Below, piece by piece: positions 1 through 9,675 of a stretch of DNA of 32,000 nt (positions are counted from its first letter, which is position 1; the number at the start of each line of letters is the position of its first letter). Below the pieces are notes generated by a model that was not told where the DNA came from, ran no database searches, and saw only the letters and a list, made by a program, of their open reading frames with translations. This DNA is from Nitrosospira multiformis ATCC 25196. Its GTDB lineage: Bacteria > Pseudomonadota > Gammaproteobacteria > Burkholderiales > Nitrosomonadaceae. Position numbers and translations under genes: made by a program. The stretch is taken from the NCBI RefSeq assembly GCF_000196355.1, contig NC_007614.1:270001-302000 (forward strand), written 5' to 3'.

Positions 1-1
1 G

Positions 2-1420
2 CTAAAAGCCATCGCAGCGCGAGGCCAAGCAATCTATGACGACCTTCTGGGCGGGCAAAGGCGCTTCGAGTTGGCACGCTACGATTCGCACGGATGGACA
101 AATCTGGGGTATCTCGCCGATCTTTCCGCGCTAATGGTTGGGACCCTACCGGTGGCTGATAACTGGTTTAATGATTCCTTCCGTTTTTATATTCATACCG
201 TGAGCCCATGGGGGGGCGAGGAAGGAGGGTGGGCGAACAGTTCGGCTTACGCCATATGGTCGCTTAACTTGGGTATCATTCCGCGCTGGGACTCGATTCG
301 GGCCGCGACGGGAATCAATATCTATAAGAAACCCTGGTCTCAGGGACTTCTCAAGTACTTTGTATATTTCGAGCCTCCCTCTTCACCCATCCAGCTTTTT
401 GGGGATGGCGCAGAGATGCCTCCCGACTTCAGCCAGATTAAGGGCTACGCTTCGCGGCAGGATAGTCCGCTGGCCGCGTGGTACTTTCTCAATATTGATA
501 AAAGAGAATATCCCCTACAGGTCTTGGAAGCCCCGATTCCTCTTCCGGTGGAAGGAATCAAACCTGAGCCACCTCGAGCAAATTCAATCGCTTTTCACGA
601 TATAGGATGGGTGGCGATGCATAGCGCAATAGTCGATCCATTGAGAACATCCGTTTATTTCCGGTCAAGCCCATACGCGGCGTTTGGCCACAGCCACGCC
701 GATAACAATTCTTTTGTCCTCGTATCCAGAGATGAGCCATTGCTGATCGCTAGCGGATACTACGACTGGGAAGGTTCTCCTCACTGGAAACAATGGTATT
801 GGCAAACCAAGGCTCACAATGCCATCACTTTTGATGGAGGAAAAGGTCAAGCAGAGAAAACAGGTTCGGGAAAGATGACTGCAAAGGGACAATTGACGGA
901 ATTCCAGAGTAACGGGAAAGTGGATTTCACGGAAGGAGATGCAACCCCGGCCTATGAGGGTGCCTTGCAACAGGCTAGAAGGCGTCTGTGGTACTTGCGG
1001 AATAAAAATGTGCTCATCATCCATGATTCCTTGCGCTCTGCCACTCCACGTCAGTTCGAGTGGAATATACATGCTCTCAACCCATTCGAGATCAAGGAAC
1101 CGGGATCAATCGAGGTCAAGCAGAAGGCCGCGCGCGCCTGTATCAACATGCTGCAGCCGCACGCCATTGAATTCGCGCAGAACAACAGATTTGACGCTCC
1201 TCCTCAAATACCTCCCTCGCGAAATGAAAATGACCAAGGTGGTGCACGCACGACCAATGATCAGTGGCATGGACGTTTCCAGACGAAAGAGCGAATGGCT
1301 GCCGTAGAGTTTCTGGCCGTAGTGGATATAGACTGTAAGAATATTCCGATAGAGATGGGAAATTTTGAAAGTAATCGGAAGATCAAGGTGGGGGACGAGA
1401 GCATTCATGTTGCCCGATAA
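2..1420 (+). CDS. Heparinase II/III family / alginate-lyase-like protein, 5'-truncated by the window edge
   Basis: Frame is open to the left edge (LKAIAARGQAIYDDLLGGQRRFELARYD...), so the listed TTG start at 71 is probably not real. Motifs FGHSHADNNSFVL and WQTKAHNAITFDGGKGQ are typical of the heparinase II/III C-terminal region. Confidence 0.85.
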   Translation, partial: LKAIAARGQAIYDDLLGGQRRFELARYDSHGWTNLGYLADLSALMVGTLPVADNWFNDSFRFYIHTVSPWGGEEGGWANSSAYAIWSLNLGIIPRWDSIRAATGINIYKKPWSQGLLKYFVYFEPPSSPIQLFGDGAEMPPDFSQIKGYASRQDSPLAAWYFLNIDKREYPLQVLEAPIPLPVEGIKPEPPRANSIAFHDIGWVAMHSAIVDPLRTSVYFRSSPYAAFGHSHADNNSFVLVSRDEPLLIASGYYDWEGSPHWKQWYWQTKAHNAITFDGGKGQAEKTGSGKMTAKGQLTEFQSNGKVDFTEGDATPAYEGALQQARRRLWYLRNKNVLIIHDSLRSATPRQFEWNIHALNPFEIKEPGSIEVKQKAARACINMLQPHAIEFAQNNRFDAPPQIPPSRNENDQGGARTTNDQWHGRFQTKERMAAVEFLAVVDIDCKNIPIEMGNFESNRKIKVGDESIHVAR

Positions 1421-1672
1421 AGCAAGCAGTGTGAGCTACTGTTTTATCCCTGAGATAGATATCAAGCCTGTAGAAATGAAATTGCGGCAAACAGTACTGA
1501 CCTTTCTCCATGTATACATGCCCTATATCCTATCGGGGCTACCTTACTGTTGCAAATACACGAGACTTTGGGTAACGGAAAACCTCCTTAAATAGAGAAC
1601 TGGTAAGATTTATGCTTGAGAAATAGTGCTCTAATCAAGAGGCAGCATTGAGCAATCCAAAATGGAGGCAAA

Positions 1673-2494
1673 ATGCAGAATCCCCGTAGAATTTGCGTGG
1701 CTGATCCTAATCATCGCTTAAGTCAAAAAAGATTTACCAGAAATTCCAGAGACATATTTATTTGTCCTGATTGTGGCTGCATCATGGCTGATGTTGACTT
1801 CGATCATGATCAATATGAGTCTGGAGATTACTATACCATGCAGCATAAAACAGTACAAAGTATCGAGGAAGTATGGGGATTCAGATGGCGCTATATTCTA
1901 GATCAGATTTTGAAAATTAATGGGCGTTCATCCTTGCTCGATGTGGGTGCGGGCAATGGATATTTTGTGGCTTTAGCTTCGAGAGAATTTTCTTTTGATG
2001 CGAGCGGATTAGAAATATCGCAAGAAGAAGTCCAATTTGCTGCGGACGTCTTAAACATCGGGCTTATTAGAGAAGATCTTACTCAACATAATCTCGACTA
2101 TGACGTAGTTACTTGTCTGAATGTATTGGAACACGTAGTAGATCCTCAACTGTTTTTATCCCATCTGGTAAACCGGGTTAAGCCTGGTGGGCTTCTGGTT
2201 ATTACTACACCTAATCCCGCTTGTATTCATCGAAAGGTAAAGGGATTAAAAAACTGGAATATGATAGCGCCTCCCCATCATATTAATCTTTTTACAAAAG
2301 AATCCCTGTACATTCTCTTGATGCGCTACGGCCTAATACAACTCGATTACCAAACGATAAGTACTTATGTGAACTTTGTAAGAGGATTTGACACCGAGAA
2401 TCTCCTTCTCAGACGATTATTTTTCAATTTGCTAAAGATATTCGATCTCGGCGCTGATCATTTTTTCATTGTTAAAAAGCCATCTCAATGTTAG
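1673..2494 (+). CDS. Class I SAM-dependent methyltransferase with N-terminal Cys-rich (CPDCG) segment
   Basis: Motif I LLDVGAGNGYFVALA, later LNVLEHVVDPQLFL and VKPGGLLVITTPNP. Strong RBS (ggagg) 7 nt upstream of ATG. Confidence 0.88.
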   Translation: MQNPRRICVADPNHRLSQKRFTRNSRDIFICPDCGCIMADVDFDHDQYESGDYYTMQHKTVQSIEEVWGFRWRYILDQILKINGRSSLLDVGAGNGYFVALASREFSFDASGLEISQEEVQFAADVLNIGLIREDLTQHNLDYDVVTCLNVLEHVVDPQLFLSHLVNRVKPGGLLVITTPNPACIHRKVKGLKNWNMIAPPHHINLFTKESLYILLMRYGLIQLDYQTISTYVNFVRGFDTENLLLRRLFFNLLKIFDLGADHFFIVKKPSQC

Positions 2495-3009
2495 CGGAAA
2501 GTTAAATTCTATTTGTAAGAATTCTTCTAAGTAGAGGAAGGTATTAATAATTCTAAAAAGAAGCAAATGCGATTGAATCAGATTCGATTGGCCCTCCGCT
2601 ACAGGATATGTACGTTGTATCGTGATTTCTGGTTATGCCACTTTCGTGCTGAAAACCGCTGAGGCACGAAACAGAAAATGCGCTCATCAGGTGTCCCTCA
2701 AAAGGCTCGCCGTCCTCTTCTTCGTGGAGATCATGTGATTTCCCGTAGCGTGATTGCCCACCTTTCTGGTTCTCCAACTTCGCAAACTGTCAGTTTACGG
2801 TTGTTCAGACGCTATCTTAACCCGGGATTTTACTATATAGGTGGAATGGAACGATTTGCGTAAGGAGTAATAGAAGTAATCGGGGTGGCATCCCCACTTA
2901 TTCGCCGATTTCGGAAATTGTTGTACCCAAACTATTCAAAATGTGAATTGGAATAGTTTGACCCCTTGGTGAATCAAAACTTAAGTCTTAAATAAAGAAG
3001 ATCTCTTAA

Positions 3010-4110
3010 ATGAATAAAGGAAAGATATCTCTTATGCTCGGAACGGACTCAACTGGCAGGGGAGGTATAGCATCTGTCGTTACCTTACTGCAGGAAGAGG
3101 GCTTTCTCGATCAGCAAAATGTCAAATACATTACTTCACACCGGGAGGGAACACACTTTAAAAAGTTAGCAATCATGTTTTCCGCTACTGGCAAAGTGCT
3201 GTGGTATTGCATGTTTGCCAAACCAGCCATCGTTCACGTCCACTCGGCCTCAGGTGCAAGTTTTATCAGAAAATCGATTTTTCTTGCTGTCGCCAGATTG
3301 TTCCGCTGCCAGACAGTTTTTCATTTGCACGGAGGTCGGTTTCCTCATTTTGCTTCAGAGGAATCGGGAGTACTGCTGAAATGGTGGATTCGGCGGACTC
3401 TTGAGAGGAGTTCCACAGTTATTGCATTATCAGAAAGCTGGGCAGCTTTTCTCTCAACCTGCGCCCCTGCGGCCGCTATCCAGATTGTTCCCAATTCTGT
3501 CAGGCTTGCTAAGATATCTTCAAAACAGAGGGGGGAGGCCGGGCGGATACTGTTCTTGGGGCACGTGGGAAAGGGGAAAGGAATATTCGAACTGTTAAAG
3601 GCTTTATCCCTACTGAAGGATTCACTGCCGTATATCAGGTTAGTTGTTTGCGGAGATGGATGCCTTGATTCTGTGCAAAAGATGGCAGATGAACTGGGCA
3701 TTGCCTCCAATGTGGAGTTTCGTGGCTGGGTGGATGCAAGTCAAAAAGCGGAAGAACTCGCTCGTGCATCGGTTTTCGTGCTTCCCTCTCATGATGAAGG
3801 TCTGCCAATGGCTATGCTTGAAGCAATGGCGGCTGAACGGGCGATTATTGTAACTCCCGTGGGGGGGATACCAGAAGTGATCAGGGATAGAGAAAATGGC
3901 TTACTCGTTCCGCCCCGAGATGCCGATGCTCTGGCACAGGCTTTAAAGGAGGTACTGGAAAACCCTCTTCTCCGCCAGATGCTGGCAGAAAATGCGCTTA
4001 GAACGATTGAAAGCCGGTTTAGCACTCCTGTTATCCTGGGTCAACTTTCTCTACTTTATGAGCGGTTACGAGGAGGCAGCAGGGGGGAAGTAGTTGCATT
4101 CATAAAATGA
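3010..4110 (+). CDS. Glycosyltransferase family 4 (GT-B)
   Basis: TDSTGRGGIASV N-terminus, ILFLGHVGKGKGIFELLKAL, FVLPSHDEGLPMAMLEAMAAERAIIVTPVGGIPEVI. Confidence 0.92.
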   Translation: MNKGKISLMLGTDSTGRGGIASVVTLLQEEGFLDQQNVKYITSHREGTHFKKLAIMFSATGKVLWYCMFAKPAIVHVHSASGASFIRKSIFLAVARLFRCQTVFHLHGGRFPHFASEESGVLLKWWIRRTLERSSTVIALSESWAAFLSTCAPAAAIQIVPNSVRLAKISSKQRGEAGRILFLGHVGKGKGIFELLKALSLLKDSLPYIRLVVCGDGCLDSVQKMADELGIASNVEFRGWVDASQKAEELARASVFVLPSHDEGLPMAMLEAMAAERAIIVTPVGGIPEVIRDRENGLLVPPRDADALAQALKEVLENPLLRQMLAENALRTIESRFSTPVILGQLSLLYERLRGGSRGEVVAFIK

Positions 4111-4496
4111 CATCGAGTCTTGGCTTGCCAGAGCGTAGCAGAGGATGTCCTTAGTAAATAAATTCGGTAAGAACAATTCCCGGCGTCTAGCAATGAATCG
4201 ATTTCAATAGCGGGCTCGTTAACTGCAACCGATCAGGGGAGCGCCGTTTGAATGCTAATCGGCTAGCTTTTGTGAGCATCCAAGGGCTGGCTATCCAAGA
4301 GTCTTTTTACATCCATCATGGATTTCAAAATATGGGAGTTTACGCGCAGCCGCTAGAATTTACATGATATGCTTGAAGCATATTGTTTCAAAATAGTTTT
4401 ATCGATCAAACCGAGAATATACAGAAAGTCTTACTAAAACCTTCTCAATGAAGAACCGAAGTTAATTTGGAAGCTAGCAGATAGAGGTGATCCAAC

Positions 4497-5330
4497 ATGA
4501 ACAAAGTCTTTGCACCGTTGAAGCGAATTTCAGTATCCGTGGGGAAGAGGCTTGCCCCAGATGCTTACGCTCTATTCAAGTTCAAATCCCTGGGTCGTGA
4601 TTTTCACGAACCTGAACTTCGATTGCTGCCGTATCTTTGTGATTCTCGGAAGACATCGCTCGATATCGGAGCATCTGAAGGCTTATACATGGCGCACCTG
4701 CTCAAGCTTTCCGCATACTGTATTGCCTTTGAGGCGCGGCCTGGGCAGGCGGCTCGCTTAAAGTCCATACTTACGCGCGTAACGCATCGTGCATCTGTTG
4801 AATCCGTAGCGCTTTCTGATTCGACGGGCGAGACCAAACTCAGGACTCTTGTGGAAGACCCGGGCCGTAGCACGATCGAGATAAGTAATCTCCTTGAAGA
4901 TGAAGACGGTAGCAATTTGACCGAAGTGACTGTTCCAGTTCGCAGACTGGATGATTATGCGCTCGACAATGTCGGCTTCGCAAAAATTGATGTGGAAGGG
5001 CACGAGCTTGCGGTATTGAAGGGGGGTGAGGATACAGTGCGCAGGCATCGTCCCTCACTTCTTATTGAGATTGAGGATCGCCACAGAAAAAACGCGATTA
5101 GAGACGTAACCGATTTTCTTGCGGATCTCGATTATTCTGGTTTTTTCATTTTGAATGATCTGGTGCGCCCGTTAAACGAATTTGACAGGGAACTGCATCA
5201 AGACAGTAGAAACATCGGCGGCTGGAAGAGTCATTGGGAAAGAAAAGGGGTTTATATTAACAATTTCATTTTCGTGCCTTCAGAAAAGCGACAAGAGTTC
5301 ACTCGGTTTGTTCTGCGTGAAAAATGGTAA
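4497..5330 (+). CDS. FkbM family methyltransferase
   Basis: SLDIGASEGLYMAHLLKLS, FEARPGQAARLKSIL, VRRLDDYALDNVGFAKIDVEGHELAVLKGG. RBS agaggtg upstream of ATG. Confidence 0.88.
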   Translation: MNKVFAPLKRISVSVGKRLAPDAYALFKFKSLGRDFHEPELRLLPYLCDSRKTSLDIGASEGLYMAHLLKLSAYCIAFEARPGQAARLKSILTRVTHRASVESVALSDSTGETKLRTLVEDPGRSTIEISNLLEDEDGSNLTEVTVPVRRLDDYALDNVGFAKIDVEGHELAVLKGGEDTVRRHRPSLLIEIEDRHRKNAIRDVTDFLADLDYSGFFILNDLVRPLNEFDRELHQDSRNIGGWKSHWERKGVYINNFIFVPSEKRQEFTRFVLREKW

Positions 5331-5474
5331 GGAAATGATGAGCGAAGTTTCCTGTCAAGCTCAATTTGCCCCACAGTCCGAAGCTTATGATGGGTGAATC
5401 AGCTGTTGAAGTTGAAACTAGTTTGTCCGAGCCTGAAGGCGATGACTCCAAATGAATAAAACATGGTTTAGGAT

Positions 5475-6497
5475 ATGCGAATCTGGTTCGAACTCACGAA
5501 TTCACCTCATGTGAACATGTTCGCGGCAATGATCCGCGACCTTGAACAAGATCATGAAATAATCATCACTTCGCGGCCGCTGGCAAACACGATTGATTTG
5601 CTGGACCTTCATGGATTCAAGCATGAAGTGGTGGGACTTCATTACGGTGGCAGATTGACCGCCAAACTGCTGGGCTTCCCAGTGCGGGTGATGCAACTGC
5701 GGCAATTTCTGGCCAAACGGCAGATAGACGTTGCTATCTCTCAGAGTTCGTTCCATTCCCCGGGTGTTTCCCGTTTGCTGGGTGTGCCTTCTATTTATAT
5801 GAATGATAATGAGCATGCGCTGGGAAATATTCCAGCCTTTATCTGCGCAAGCAAGATCATGGTGCCCGAATTCCTGAGCTTAGGGAAATTGAAGAAGCAG
5901 GGAGCCAATCCTCGGAAAGTGATCCATTATCCTGGCGTAAAAGAGGGCATCTATCTATGGGAACTGGATGCGCGCTTGTCAAAGGAGGGAGGTTGGCAAA
6001 GAAAGGCTAAATCGCGCAAAGTCGTCTATGTCCGCCCCGAGCCCTGGACTGCCCAATATTACAAGGGAAAACGAAATTTTCTCGACGATCTTCTGCTGGG
6101 TATGCAGGATCATGTGGACGTTGTGTTGCTGCCACGGGGTAAGGAACAGAGCATTCACTACCAGAAACCTCAGTTCTCGCGCATACGTGTGGTAGCCACC
6201 GCGCTTGATATCGCGGATATTGCTCCTGATTGCGACCTTTTCATAGGAGCAGGCGGGACGATGACCCGTGAAATGGCAGTACTTGGCATTCCAACCATTT
6301 CTGTCTACCAGGATGAGTTACTGGATGTAGATCGCTATTTGCTGAAGGTGGGAGCATTTGCACACAAACCCGAACTGATGGTTGAGGACGCCTTGCGCTA
6401 CCTGGAACTGACTGAAAGCCGTCCGCCGAATCGCGAACTGCTTGAAAAAGGGAAAACGGCTTACGATATGATCAAAAATGAAGTTCTGAACAGTTAA
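5475..6497 (+). CDS. DUF354 domain-containing protein (GT-B-like fold)
   Basis: N-terminus MRIWFELTNSPHVNMFAAMIRDLEQDHEIIITSR and GAGGTMTREMAVLGIPTISVY match the DUF354 family pattern. Confidence 0.85.
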   Translation: MRIWFELTNSPHVNMFAAMIRDLEQDHEIIITSRPLANTIDLLDLHGFKHEVVGLHYGGRLTAKLLGFPVRVMQLRQFLAKRQIDVAISQSSFHSPGVSRLLGVPSIYMNDNEHALGNIPAFICASKIMVPEFLSLGKLKKQGANPRKVIHYPGVKEGIYLWELDARLSKEGGWQRKAKSRKVVYVRPEPWTAQYYKGKRNFLDDLLLGMQDHVDVVLLPRGKEQSIHYQKPQFSRIRVVATALDIADIAPDCDLFIGAGGTMTREMAVLGIPTISVYQDELLDVDRYLLKVGAFAHKPELMVEDALRYLELTESRPPNRELLEKGKTAYDMIKNEVLNS

Positions 6498-6519
6498 TTT
6501 TTGCTTGGGAGTAATTACT

Positions 6520-7626
6520 ATGGTGCGTCTCGCAGTGGTAGGTTTGGGCAAAATGGGTTTATCGCATTACGCCATGATCAACGCCCATCCGGATGTGAAA
6601 GTCGAAGCGGTATGCGACTCGACCGGTTACGTTCTGGATGTTCTCAACAAATACACCGGCGTTCGCACTTATACGGATTTCGATGTCATGTTGCGCGATA
6701 TCGAGTTGGATGCGGTAATCATCGCTACCCCTTCCCGTTCGCACGGGCAGATGGTCGAGGTGGCGCTCAATGAAAATCTCCACGTTTTTTGCGAGAAGCC
6801 CTTTTGCCTCGATATAACAGAAGGTGAGAGACTTGCCCGCATCGCAGCCGAGAGGGGCCTGGTCAATCAGGTGGGTTACCACAACCGCTTTGTAGGGGCC
6901 TTTCAGGAAGTGAAGCGCTTGCTCGATGCAGGGGCAATCGGTGCTGTCACGCATGTGCTGGCCGAGGCGTATGGCCCGGTTGTGCTCAAACCCAAGGGTT
7001 CCACCTGGCGCACCCAGCGCACCGAGGGGGGCGGATGCCTGTACGATTACGCGGCCCATCCGATCAACCTCGTAAATTGGTACCTCGGCGCGCCTCAAAG
7101 CGTGGGGGGGTCGGTATTGAATAAAATTTTCTCCAAAGACACGGAAGATGAGGTATTCAGTACGTTGTATTACGAGGAGGGAAAGAGTGTCCAGATCTCG
7201 GTGAACTGGAGCGATGAATCCTACCGCAAGATGACTACAAAAGTGACTATCTGGGGAACTCAGGGGCGCATATACGCTGATCGCCAGGAATGCCAGGTGT
7301 ATATCCGCGATGGCGTGAATATTCCTGCTGGGTATCAGCGAGGATGGAACGTGCGTTATACGACAGATTTGACTGAAGCGGTATGGTTTTATCTGCGCGG
7401 CGAGGAATACTCGGCGCAGCTGGATTACTTTGTGCGCTGTATCGAAGAGAAGGAGGGGGGTGGCAATATCAATTCCTTCGAAGAAGCCGTGATAACGGAT
7501 CGGGTGATGTCAATGATGGTTGCCGATGCAGAAAAGCGCCCTCCCGTTACATCTGGCATCGCGCCCCGGCAGGCGCCGGGAAAGAAGTTCGGCCTGCTAT
7601 TTGGCGGTCGCAAGGCAGTGAGCTAA
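6520..7626 (+). CDS. Gfo/Idh/MocA family NAD(P)-dependent sugar oxidoreductase
   Basis: Rossmann motif VVGLGKMGLSHYAMI; ATPSRSHGQMVEVALNENLHVFCEKPF; GGCLYDYAAHPINLVNWYLG. The listed start at 6505 is TTG; ATG at 6520 with upstream TTGGGAG fits better. Confidence 0.92.
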   Translation: MVRLAVVGLGKMGLSHYAMINAHPDVKVEAVCDSTGYVLDVLNKYTGVRTYTDFDVMLRDIELDAVIIATPSRSHGQMVEVALNENLHVFCEKPFCLDITEGERLARIAAERGLVNQVGYHNRFVGAFQEVKRLLDAGAIGAVTHVLAEAYGPVVLKPKGSTWRTQRTEGGGCLYDYAAHPINLVNWYLGAPQSVGGSVLNKIFSKDTEDEVFSTLYYEEGKSVQISVNWSDESYRKMTTKVTIWGTQGRIYADRQECQVYIRDGVNIPAGYQRGWNVRYTTDLTEAVWFYLRGEEYSAQLDYFVRCIEEKEGGGNINSFEEAVITDRVMSMMVADAEKRPPVTSGIAPRQAPGKKFGLLFGGRKAVS

Positions 7627-7656
7627 CGCAGCCACTCATTTCAGGGAAGAGATAAT

Positions 7657-8523
7657 ATGGACCGTTTGTTGTTTGGCGACAATCAGTTTTTTGGGGTCAA
7701 CCATATGTCGGAAGAGAAGGCGCGCGCGCAGATGATGCGCTTTCAGGATCTGACGGCAGTCATCGATGTACTGGATAACGCATATGATGAAGGCGTCACT
7801 TCTTTCATGTGTACTACCCATGATCGCATCGCGATGGTCTGTGATCACATGCGATCGAATCCGCAGCGTTACAAGGACTTCCAGTTTTTGCCGTGCATGC
7901 CCTACGCCCACAAATATGCGAATGCAGTCACCGAGGATGGGATGATAGGCGCACTGAAGCGCTTCCTTCCGGAAGAAGGCATCGTCAATGCTGCGCTACG
8001 CGGGGGAATGTCTCTGGCAAGAAAGGATATCGAAGGGATTACCACTTTATTGGTGGATGCAGAAATGAAAATGTTTGCGGGTTTGAATACCCCCGTGATC
8101 TTCCTCCAGAACGTTGTAGTCGATCTGCTGCTGGGTCTCGACTTCAAAGCAGCTTTTCGTATTTTTGCCGATCATATCAAGTCTCGCTATAACGCCGAAC
8201 CCGGCTTCATTACAATGAACATGCCGAAGTTGCTGGATGCGCTCGAGGAGGTGGGTATCGAGAATCCGATCGTGTGTGCCAACATCAACAAGATCGGGTT
8301 TCGCATGTGCGGCGGTTTCGAGGCTTATGAGCGGGCGCTGGATGAGAAGAAGTTCCGGGCCATTGCAATGTCGGTATTCGCGTCTGGCGCGGTTCCACCC
8401 AGGGAGGCAATCGAGTGGGTGTGTCAGCAGCCAAACATACAGGCGATCGTTTTCGGGGCTTCGAGCAAGACAAATATCCGGAATACAAAATCCTTGGTAG
8501 AGGAATTCTGGCGTATCAATTAG
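7657..8523 (+). CDS. Uncharacterised conserved-type protein, possibly TIM-barrel/aldo-keto-reductase-like
   Basis: 288-aa ORF with strong RBS (agggaagagataat-ATG), tightly packed between neighbours. C-terminal AIVFGASSKTNIRNTKSLVEEF resembles the tail of aldo/keto reductase-like barrels, but no diagnostic family motif is recognised. Confidence 0.75.
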   Translation: MDRLLFGDNQFFGVNHMSEEKARAQMMRFQDLTAVIDVLDNAYDEGVTSFMCTTHDRIAMVCDHMRSNPQRYKDFQFLPCMPYAHKYANAVTEDGMIGALKRFLPEEGIVNAALRGGMSLARKDIEGITTLLVDAEMKMFAGLNTPVIFLQNVVVDLLLGLDFKAAFRIFADHIKSRYNAEPGFITMNMPKLLDALEEVGIENPIVCANINKIGFRMCGGFEAYERALDEKKFRAIAMSVFASGAVPPREAIEWVCQQPNIQAIVFGASSKTNIRNTKSLVEEFWRIN

Positions 8524-8541
8524 TTTTTTTTTGGAGCAGGG

Positions 8542-9675
8542 ATGGTCAGGGTTACAACGCTTGTTTTATGTTTTGCTTTAACGTTTCCTTTTAGTTTCGC
8601 CTATGCTGATATAGTTTTCGATGGAAGATTAAGTAAAGGGGATTTTTCCGGTTATCGGGCGCTCGAAGCCAATGGAACGCGTTTCGGTGGTGCCTTGGCT
8701 TCTAACGGTATTCCATCCCGGCTGGACCGTGTCCGTGATCCAGCGGGTTCCGGTCAGTTGGTAATGCGGGCAACTCATATTGACGGCGATCTGCCTATAT
8801 ATGGAGGTTATCGCTCAGAATTGAGCACCTTCCATGATCCCATTGGTTCCGAACGGTGGTACTCCTGGGGCTACTATCTTCCGGAAACGTTTGCCACAGC
8901 GAAAAATAATGTCGTTATAGCGCAGATCCATAATACCCCTGATATTATGGAGACTAATAGTCGGAATCCTACTCTTGCAGTGCTGGTTCAGGGTGAGAGG
9001 ATAAAGCTCATAAATGTATTCGATTACGACAAGATTACCGCGCCAGCAGGTACTCGCCCAACCGTCGGGGTTGATTATGAACGCCGGGAATTGGCCTCTT
9101 GGGATCTTCATCCTGGACGTTGGACGTTTTTAGACTTGCACGTAAAGTGGGCTGGGAACGATACGGGTTTTCTCGAATTCTGGAAAGACGGGACACTGCT
9201 TTTCCAGGAGAAAAATCACATCAACACTTTCAATGACGAACGGGGCGTATGGTTCAAGAGCGGGCTATACGATTGGTCACCGAGTCCCGACCCTGTTTCC
9301 ACCTATTTCTCTGGAGTGATCATCAGGGACGAAAAAGAAATGTTTCAGTCCATGTTAATGTCCCGCATGCTTGAATCAAACATTTCTCTGAATCCACTTC
9401 TGCGCTGGAGCGTGGAACAGGACTTAAGAGACATGATAGGGGATGCCATTGCGCGCCGGATGCTCCGGCCAGCGGAGAACCTGATCTACAAGCATAATGA
9501 AACGCTTCATGATGCCGTCACCGGAGACGGAAAGGAAATGTTCCAGTCTATGTCAGTGTCCCTCGTGCCTGAGCCCGACATTTATTTGATGATGCTGGTC
9601 GGCGGGGCAGCCATCGGTTTCTTCACGTATAAGCGTCGAACGACCTTGCTAACAGAGAATCCTGTGCCAGCATGA
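8542..9675 (+). CDS. Secreted polysaccharide lyase-like (heparin-lyase-I-like) protein with PEP-CTERM sorting domain
   Basis: Signal peptide MVRVTTLVLCFALTFPFSFAYA; GYRSELSTFHDPIGSERWYSWGYYLPE ... PGRWTFLDLHVKWAGNDTGFLEFWKDG ... YFSGVIIRD. C-terminal VPEPDIYLMMLVGGAAIGFFTYKRR (9565-9642). Confidence 0.85.
   Translation: MVRVTTLVLCFALTFPFSFAYADIVFDGRLSKGDFSGYRALEANGTRFGGALASNGIPSRLDRVRDPAGSGQLVMRATHIDGDLPIYGGYRSELSTFHDPIGSERWYSWGYYLPETFATAKNNVVIAQIHNTPDIMETNSRNPTLAVLVQGERIKLINVFDYDKITAPAGTRPTVGVDYERRELASWDLHPGRWTFLDLHVKWAGNDTGFLEFWKDGTLLFQEKNHINTFNDERGVWFKSGLYDWSPSPDPVSTYFSGVIIRDEKEMFQSMLMSRMLESNISLNPLLRWSVEQDLRDMIGDAIARRMLRPAENLIYKHNETLHDAVTGDGKEMFQSMSVSLVPEPDIYLMMLVGGAAIGFFTYKRRTTLLTENPVPA

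Noticed and set aside
2553-2863. Overlapping ORFs on both strands (2553-2777 -, 2678-2863 +) in the intergenic gap, considered as a transposase remnant
   Set aside because: No recognisable transposase or other motif in any frame, so treated as non-coding.
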